Assembly: GCA_029865125.1 (NCBI GenBank)
Contig: JAOUHN010000002.1
Coordinates: 713-64,712 of the forward strand
Direction: 5' to 3'
Length of the DNA stretch: 64,000 nt
Source of the DNA: Candidatus Moraniibacteriota bacterium
GTDB taxonomy: Bacteria > Patescibacteriota > Minisyncoccia > Moranbacterales > UBA9337
In this document: piece after piece, positions 58,068 through 64,000 of the stretch
Layout: each line of letters starts with the position of its first letter
How positions within the stretch are numbered: the first letter of the stretch is position 1
The notes under the pieces: generated by a model
Told to the model about the DNA's origin: nothing
Databases searched by the model: none
Seen by the model: only the letters and a program-made list of their open reading frames with translations
Position numbers and translations under genes: made by a program

Positions 58068-58176
58068 GAGAGCTAATTGAATTAGATAAGTCCCAAGGAA
58101 ATCAAAACCACTCTGCAAGGAACAGGGTGGTTTTGAATATAGTGAAATAATTTTTAATAAGATAAAAATATTTCCT

Positions 58177-58743
58177 CTAGAACCCGCGTACCTGAATTTT
58201 TTTTACTTTGTTTACTTCAGCCTTAGGAAGTCTGATTGTTAAAATTCCATTCTTGAGAGATGCTTCTGCTTTTTCTGGCAAAACGTCAACAGGAAGAACA
58301 ACTGATCTTGAAAATCCTCCCCAATAACACTCTTGGTAGTAATAATTTTCCTCAGAAACCTCTTCTTCACTCCTTCTTTCTCCTTTGATTGTCACCATAT
58401 CATTATTGATGGAAACATCAAGATCTTCCGGTTTCACTCCAGCAATGGTTGATTTGAGGACAATTTCATTGTCAGTTTGATATACATCAATAGTCAGCTG
58501 TCCGTCATCTTCCTCAGATGTTTCAATTGATGTGCTTTCATCATGATGTCCCCAGCTTCCGATAGATTGATCCTCGTGATGCATCATCTCTTCTGGTTCA
58601 TGATGAGATGGAGGCATGTTAATTCGTGACTCAGAATCATCTGAATTGATTTGCATGTGTTCCATATGATTAGGTTCATAGGCGTCTTCTATTTTTTTGG
58701 ATCCAGTAAGACGCTCCATGAATGATTTTTTTTGTTTTACCAT
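58177..58743 (-). CDS. Hsp20/alpha-crystallin small heat-shock protein with His/Met-rich N-terminal extension
   Basis: ACD: LTIDVYQTDNEIVLKSTIAGVKPEDLDVSINNDMVTIKGER ... GILTIRLPK. Confidence 0.8.
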   Translation of the reverse strand: MVKQKKSFMERLTGSKKIEDAYEPNHMEHMQINSDDSESRINMPPSHHEPEEMMHHEDQSIGSWGHHDESTSIETSEEDDGQLTIDVYQTDNEIVLKSTIAGVKPEDLDVSINNDMVTIKGERRSEEEVSEENYYYQECYWGGFSRSVVLPVDVLPEKAEASLKNGILTIRLPKAEVNKVKKIQVRGF

Positions 58744-58796
58744 ATTTTTAAGTTGATTTAGCTTTTTTACAAGTTGTTTTAATTATAGAATAAATG

Positions 58797-59462
58797 TCAT
58801 GAATTCGCAAGTTTTGATTTTGTGCTTATAAGCATTTTAAAAGCAAATAAAGTCAACAAAAAAATAATGGACATTCGTGTGAAAGAAGAATATTTTTCAG
58901 GAAAAAATGCTAAGAGATTGAATGCAAAATGAATCAGTGAGAGAGGGAAAATTATTTTGAAAATGAAGCTGTGAACTTTTTTTGGAACAATTGAGTAATA
59001 TCCAATAATACTGAAGGTCGTGCTGTGAAAAATGAATAATCCTGCGATTTCGAGATATTCGTTCATTGAAAAAGAGATGAATTTAGATTTGAGAAAGATG
59101 AACTCAATGAGTGCAAATCCGATTCCTGCCACAAGAGAATTGAAAACAATTGTTCTTCCTGAAACATGAGACGGTTCTATTTTTTTGAATACTATGATGA
59201 ACTTGGACAATTCTTCTGTGAAGGCGGAAACCAGAAGAAAGATTCCTGAAGAAGAAAGAATAAAACTTGTCATTGAATCAGTAAAGAAAATTTCTGAATT
59301 TCCTAAGAGTGTGATTGTGACAATGGCTTCAATAAAGAGAGAAAGAAGTGCTGCCAATGCGCCATATATTATTGATTCAAGAATGGATTTCATTTGAGAT
59401 TGATTTTTATTTTTGTATACTTTCATTATACAGAAAGATGAGCAAAAATAATAGCAAAACAA
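58797..59462 (-). CDS. CPBP-family (CAAX/Abi-like) intramembrane protease
   Basis: Multi-TM; FTEELSKF (EE motif) ... HFAFNLLAF (HxxxN). Confidence 0.5.
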   Translation of the reverse strand: MFCYYFCSSFCIMKVYKNKNQSQMKSILESIIYGALAALLSLFIEAIVTITLLGNSEIFFTDSMTSFILSSSGIFLLVSAFTEELSKFIIVFKKIEPSHVSGRTIVFNSLVAGIGFALIEFIFLKSKFISFSMNEYLEIAGLFIFHSTTFSIIGYYSIVPKKVHSFIFKIIFPLSLIHFAFNLLAFFPEKYSSFTRMSIIFLLTLFAFKMLISTKSKLANS

Positions 59463-59483
59463 AAAAGGCCCGAAGGCCTTTTT

Positions 59484-62147
59484 CTATTTCAGTGATTTGA
59501 GATATTTTTCAATCTCTTTGAGCCGTGCTTTTGCTTTTTGGAGACTTTCTTTTTCTCGCTCGACCACTTCTTTTGGGGCTTTTGAAACGAATTGTTTGTT
59601 TGATAATTTTCCTTCGACGCTCTTGATATATTTCTTTAGATTTTCAACTTCTTTTTCTTTTTCAGCACGTTCTTTTTGTGTATCGATCAGTCCTTCTAGT
59701 GGAATACTCACAGTAATTCCATGAGAAGTTGTCTTTGAAATTGAATTTTCTTGACTTGAGCCATATGAAATTTCTTCAACTCCTGTTCGGAGACCCTTGA
59801 TGATGTTTTCTTGAGTTTTGATTATCTCTTCAAAGTTTTTGATTGAGCATGATTTTGTGTTCACAAAAAGCTTCACTTTTTTTGCAGGCTCAATTTTGTT
59901 TTCAGTTTTGAGATTTCTGACAGTCTGAATGATTTCGATTATTGGTTCAAAACTTGCAGCATCTTTTGATGGGGCATAGGAGTCTTTTTTTGGCCATTTT
60001 TGAATCAGGAGAAGCTCTTTTTCATCAAGCTCTTTCCAAATCGTTTCTGTCACAAATGGAATGAAGGGGTGCCAAAGTTTCAAGAGATCGCGAAGAATTG
60101 TTTGAAGAATTGCAGTCTTTTCTTCTTCATTATTTTCAAATTTTGAAACTTCCAAATACCAATCTGCAAAATCATTTTTTGTGAAATCACCAAGTTTTTC
60201 GCTGGCTTGAGAAAATCTGAATTTGTCCAAATCACTAGTCACTTCTTCAATAAGCACATTCATTTTTTGAATGATCCATGTGTCAGCAAGAGTAAGATTT
60301 TTTTTGTTGATTTCTTTGTTGGAGTCTTTTGATTTTCCAAGAATGTATCTTGAGATGTTCCATAGTTTGTTCACAAAATTTCTGGAAGATTCAATTTTTT
60401 CTTTGTAGATTTTAATGTCATTTCCAGGGGCAATTCCAGTGACAAGGCTCAGTCTCAGTGCATCTGTTCCATATTCTTCAGTCACGTCTATTGGATCAAG
60501 AGTGTTTCCGGCTGATTTTGAGAACTTGTTTCCATGTTCGTCGCGAAGCATCCCATGGATATACACATCCTTGAAAGGAATTTCTTCCATGTAATATGTG
60601 GTCATGAGAATCATTCGAGCCATCCAGAAGAAAATAATATCGCGTCCCATTTGCATCCAATTGGTTGGATGAAAGACTTTTCGTTCTTCTTCTGTGAGAG
60701 TTGAAAAAGTCCAAAGTCCACTTGAAAACCAAGTGTCTAGTGTGTCAGGATCTTGTTTGATTTTTTTCGAATCACATTTTTCGCATTTCTTTGGTTCATC
60801 TCTGCTCACAATAATTTCTCCACATTCACAATACCAAATAGGAATTCTGTGACCCCACCAGATTTGGCGGGAAATACACCAGTCACGAAGTTCATTGATC
60901 CAACTGAAATATACTTTTTCAAATCTTTCTGGATTGATGGTGATTTTTTGATTCTTATCTCCGCCGAGTCCTGTTGTGACAGCTTCGATCATGAGCTCTT
61001 TGAGGCTTTTGTTGTGCCCAGGAATTTTTTTGTTCACATCAATGAACCATTGAGTTTTTGGAAGCGCTTCCACAACATCACCAAATCTGTCAGATGTTTC
61101 AACGCTTTGAGTGATTTCCTCTTCTTTTTCCAAAAGAGTGTTTTCTTTTAGGAATTCAACGAATTTTTCTCGTGCCTCTAGGACCGTGAGTCCTTCATAA
61201 TTCTTTCCGGCTTCTGCTGTCATTTTTCCATCTTCTCCGATCACTTGAATGAGTTCAATGGGATCATTCTTGGCTTTTTGGATTTCAAACATTTCAAAGT
61301 CTACTGGGCTGTGAGCAGGAGTGACTCCAACAGCACCTGTTCCAAATTCAGGATCAACCTCATCATTGGCAATGATTTTGATTTCAAGAGGTTTCTTTGC
61401 TCCAATATCCACTGTGAAAGTTTCCCCAATGAATTTTTTGTATCGCGCGTCTTTTGGGTTCACAGCCACGGCAGTGTCTCCCAATTTTGTTTCAGGACGG
61501 GTGGTTGCAATGGTGATGGGGAAGTCTTTTGAATATTTGAAAGTGTAAAGTTTTCCTGTTCTTTCTTTGTGTTCAAGCTCGTCGTCAGAGCAGGTTGACT
61601 GACCTTTCACAGACCAGTTCACAACTTTGTGCCCACGATAGATGAGCCCGTCTTTATACATTTTCTCAAAAACATTGTTCACCATTTCACTTCTTTCCTC
61701 GTCGAAAGTGTAGGCGAGACGATCCCAATCGCAACTGGTTCCCATTTTTTGAACTTGAGAAAGGATGGTTGATTTGGACTCTTCTGCGTATTCTCGGATT
61801 TTTTCAAGAAGTCCTTCGCGTCCAAATTCTTCTCTTGGATTTTTGTGACCTTTCTCAACAAGGAGTTTTTCTACTTTTGCCTGAGTGGCAACAGCAGCGT
61901 GATCCGTTCCAGGAACAAGCAAAACCTTTTTTCCTTGAAGGCGTTGATATCTTGCCATGGTGTCCATGATTGAGTTTTCAAGAGCATGACCCAAATGAAG
62001 AACTCCTGTCACGTTTGGAGGTGGCATCATGATGGAATATGGTTCACCTTTCAAATTGTCAGGATTGAAAAATCCTGAATCTTTCCAAGTTGAATAGATC
62101 TCATCTTCAGTTTTTTGTGGGTCGTATGCCTTTGAAAGTTCGCTCAT
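59484..62147 (-). CDS. valS: valine--tRNA ligase
   Basis: HIGH-type PPPNVTGVLHLGHAL, KMSKS-type KFSKSAGN, C-terminal coiled coil; 887 aa. Confidence 0.95.
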   Translation of the reverse strand: MSELSKAYDPQKTEDEIYSTWKDSGFFNPDNLKGEPYSIMMPPPNVTGVLHLGHALENSIMDTMARYQRLQGKKVLLVPGTDHAAVATQAKVEKLLVEKGHKNPREEFGREGLLEKIREYAEESKSTILSQVQKMGTSCDWDRLAYTFDEERSEMVNNVFEKMYKDGLIYRGHKVVNWSVKGQSTCSDDELEHKERTGKLYTFKYSKDFPITIATTRPETKLGDTAVAVNPKDARYKKFIGETFTVDIGAKKPLEIKIIANDEVDPEFGTGAVGVTPAHSPVDFEMFEIQKAKNDPIELIQVIGEDGKMTAEAGKNYEGLTVLEAREKFVEFLKENTLLEKEEEITQSVETSDRFGDVVEALPKTQWFIDVNKKIPGHNKSLKELMIEAVTTGLGGDKNQKITINPERFEKVYFSWINELRDWCISRQIWWGHRIPIWYCECGEIIVSRDEPKKCEKCDSKKIKQDPDTLDTWFSSGLWTFSTLTEEERKVFHPTNWMQMGRDIIFFWMARMILMTTYYMEEIPFKDVYIHGMLRDEHGNKFSKSAGNTLDPIDVTEEYGTDALRLSLVTGIAPGNDIKIYKEKIESSRNFVNKLWNISRYILGKSKDSNKEINKKNLTLADTWIIQKMNVLIEEVTSDLDKFRFSQASEKLGDFTKNDFADWYLEVSKFENNEEEKTAILQTILRDLLKLWHPFIPFVTETIWKELDEKELLLIQKWPKKDSYAPSKDAASFEPIIEIIQTVRNLKTENKIEPAKKVKLFVNTKSCSIKNFEEIIKTQENIIKGLRTGVEEISYGSSQENSISKTTSHGITVSIPLEGLIDTQKERAEKEKEVENLKKYIKSVEGKLSNKQFVSKAPKEVVEREKESLQKAKARLKEIEKYLKSLK

Positions 62148-62198
62148 ATGTATGTGGATTTTAAAATATAATTTTTTTCAAAAAATCTGCGCAAACAT

Positions 62199-62281
62199 GT
62201 CATCCTGAACTTGTTTCAGGATCCCTGAGTATAAGCACTCGTAGTGTTATTTTGAGATTCTGAAACAAGTTCAGAATGACA
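62199..62281. mobile_element. MITE family A copy
   Basis: gtcatcctgaacttgtttcaggatccctgagtataagcac...ttctgaaacaagttcagaatgaca; the spacer resembles the 5' flank of the GIY-YIG copy (gaataagcac). Confidence 0.8.
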
Positions 62282-62436
62282 CAGTTAAGAGAGTTAAATT
62301 GATTTTTACTGGTGATTGTATGGTAGCAATAAAAAGTTTATTTTTCAAGTTTTAACGGGATTTTAGCGGAAATAAAAACAGGGAAGCGATACGTGATCGT
62401 TTCCCTGGAATACCTCAGATTATCTTATGGGATGCT

Positions 62437-62682
62437 TTATACCGTTTCCATTGCTTTCTCAAAGCAAGTGGGGCAGTAAGTATGCGAAATTTTTTTTAAT
62501 TGATAAAGAGCATCTCGATTTATTATGTGTTTACATAAATCACGATCTTCTTCGCAAATACTACATTTTTTTTGAGTACCGTCTTCAGTGCATCCATGAA
62601 TTGATTTAAGTAGACCTTTTTTGTGTGTCTGCTCACACTCTACACACACACGCAGTAATATTTCTCGAGATATATCTGTCAT
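62437..62682 (-). CDS. small 8-Cys zinc-ribbon-like protein, paralog A
   Basis: CVEC ... GC ... CSIC ... C ... YCPTC pattern shared with the 62933-63202 ORF. Confidence 0.45.
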   Translation of the reverse strand: MTDISREILLRVCVECEQTHKKGLLKSIHGCTEDGTQKKCSICEEDRDLCKHIINRDALYQLKKISHTYCPTCFEKAMETV

Positions 62683-62932
62683 CTTTGCCCTCCCTGGCTA
62701 TAATTCGGCATCCCTGCCTTGTTTTTTGAACTTTATCACTATATTTAGTGATGATTAATATTATCACAAAATCGGGTTTCTGTCAATATGTGGCCATATT
62801 GACCGTATTTTACCCATGAAAAGCGCCGTTTCTGGGATTTTAACAGAGTAGCACATTTACATGAAATTTTTGTGAAATAAAATTAAGGGAAGAGCGGCGG
62901 CTCTTCCCAGATAAGGCTTCATAATGTGTTAC

Positions 62933-63202
62933 CTATGGTAATTTTGCTTTTTCTGTAGCGAGGCAACTCGGGCAATACCCCACGGATGCACGTTTTTGCT
63001 TATGAATCTCAACACAATTCCTTTTGGCTCTGCAAAAAGTGGACTTTTTTTTGCACATTGAGCAGTCCTGGGGCACTCCATTCTCTTTACACCCAAAGAT
63101 TGAGTTGAGTATGATATTGCTTTTCATGCAGATTGAGCATAGTCGCAACCACGGCAATTGTTTGACCATTTTTTCTCCTCTCTTGAGTTGATTTGATATC
63201 AC
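62933..63202 (-). CDS. small 8-Cys zinc-ribbon-like protein, paralog B
   Basis: LRLCSIC ... SIFGCKENG ... CSMC ... C ... YCPSC. Confidence 0.45.
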   Translation of the reverse strand: MISNQLKRGEKMVKQLPWLRLCSICMKSNIILNSIFGCKENGVPQDCSMCKKKSTFCRAKRNCVEIHKQKRASVGYCPSCLATEKAKLP

Positions 63203-63248
63203 TTAAACAAAGGGATACATAGGAGTATATAAAGCAATAACGTGTTTG

Positions 63249-64000
63249 TCAATGAATTTTGTTCATTTTGAGACTTGAACTGGCTTGAAGATTTTTCCAG
63301 TTTTTTTCACATTTTTGTCGCTCTGAATCATTCATTTTTTCCCAGCGGAAACATCCGGCAATGGCAATCATGGCAGCATTGTCCAAGGAATATTCAAATT
63401 CAGGACTTTCGAATTTTGTGTTTGCCAATTCTTTTTCGGTCGCATCTTTCAATTGAAGTTTCAGCTCTCTGTTGGCGCTCACTCCTCCGGCAATGAGAAT
63501 GGTTTTTGGGTTGTGCTTTTTTGCAGCTTTCATGGTTTTTTTGATGAGAACATCAATGCAAGCTTGTTGAAATTCATGAGAAATTTCAGGAATGAGATTT
63601 TCAAATTCTTTTTTTGAATTTTTTTCTTTCAGTTCTTTGACGGCATAGAGCACTGCGGTTTTGAGACCGGAAAAAGAAAAGTTGAAATCAGGAGAGTTTA
63701 GCATTGGGCGGGGGAGGGTGATGCGAGAGTTGTGATTTGAGAGTTGAGAATCTGGAGATTCTTTGAATTTCTGAGCCTGGGCGGAAATGATTGGTCCTCC
63801 GGGATATCCCAAATCCAAGATGCGAGCCACCTTGTCAAAAGCTTCACCAACAGCATCATCTTGAGTTTGTCCAATGACTTCATATTCCAAATGATCTTTC
63901 ATGAGAACAAGCTGAGTGTGTCCACCGGAAACAACCAAAGCCAAAACAGGAAATTCTATTTCCGTATTATTTGCGAAGTTTGCATAGATGTGACCTTCGA
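63249..64000 (-). CDS. tsaD: tRNA N6-adenosine threonylcarbamoyltransferase TsaD (N-terminus outside window)
   Basis: ...EIEFPVLALVVSGGHTQLV ... DDAVGEAFDKVARILDLGYPGGP; the frame is open to the window end (the ORF-track start is an internal TTG). Confidence 0.9.
   Translation of the reverse strand, partial: EGHIYANFANNTEIEFPVLALVVSGGHTQLVLMKDHLEYEVIGQTQDDAVGEAFDKVARILDLGYPGGPIISAQAQKFKESPDSQLSNHNSRITLPRPMLNSPDFNFSFSGLKTAVLYAVKELKEKNSKKEFENLIPEISHEFQQACIDVLIKKTMKAAKKHNPKTILIAGGVSANRELKLQLKDATEKELANTKFESPEFEYSLDNAAMIAIAGCFRWEKMNDSERQKCEKNWKNLQASSSLKMNKIH

Noticed and set aside
1-64000. Alternative genetic code (UGA recoding as in some CPR lineages)
   Set aside because: Long ORFs (polA, RND permease, valS, P-type ATPase) are intact under the standard code. 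TGA/TAA/TAG all terminate genes at expected positions.

Overview
This is a low-GC (roughly 33-36% by eye), gene-dense bacterial fragment, transcribed mainly on the + strand. Gene content suggests a Candidate Phyla Radiation / Patescibacteria-like genome: a six-gene tandem array of T4SS-pilin-like genes, FemAB, RNase J, an archaeal-type PGI/PMI and four-helix-bundle genes. This taxonomic placement is an inference.

Identifiable genes:
- Replication, repair and translation: polA (truncated at the 5' edge), mutM/fpg, holA-like, ruvA, rpsT, typA/bipA, valS, a tsaD C-terminal part (truncated at the 3' edge), rlmH, a TrmH-family methyltransferase, RNase J, tRNA-Lys(CTT) and tRNA-Arg(TCT).
- Envelope, transport and regulation: a CsoR-like regulator followed by an RND efflux pair (adaptor plus permease), a P-type Ca/Mg ATPase, two ABC substrate-binding proteins, secG, a sigma-70 factor, FemAB, CapA, VanW, Hsp20, NUDIX, a HD-domain (p)ppGpp-hydrolase-like gene, PGI/PMI, and six tandem T4SS-pilin-like paralogs.

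The window is unusually rich in dispersed repeats.
- A palindromic MITE-like family with termini GTCATYCTGAAC...GTTCAGRATGAC: at least 7 intergenic copies, 2 copies in frame inside a gene, and one copy whose two arms flank a 94-aa GIY-YIG nuclease ORF.
- A second ~160-bp MITE family with GAGCCTGTTTAAA inverted termini, 3 copies.
- Several families of short tandem repeats (CATAGAACA-like 9-mers, a 14-bp ACATAGCATAGAAC unit, CATAACA, GTAAAGTCC, TTTTGAG, GAGATTTGAGA) that fill the 3' intergenic spaces and are occasionally inserted in frame in CDSs.

The most system-like candidate is a markedly GC-richer (GC judged by eye), three-gene operon at 4808-7919: a small unknown protein, a MoxR-like AAA+ ATPase and a vWA (MIDAS) protein, all with strong RBSs. 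It is flanked by ~1.3 kb ORF-free stretches and by mobile-element remnants (a truncated BRO-N/DinD-like gene and a DUF4143 ATPase). It looks horizontally acquired and resembles the vWA-MoxR NTP-dependent conflict modules.

No CRISPR array and no rRNA were found.
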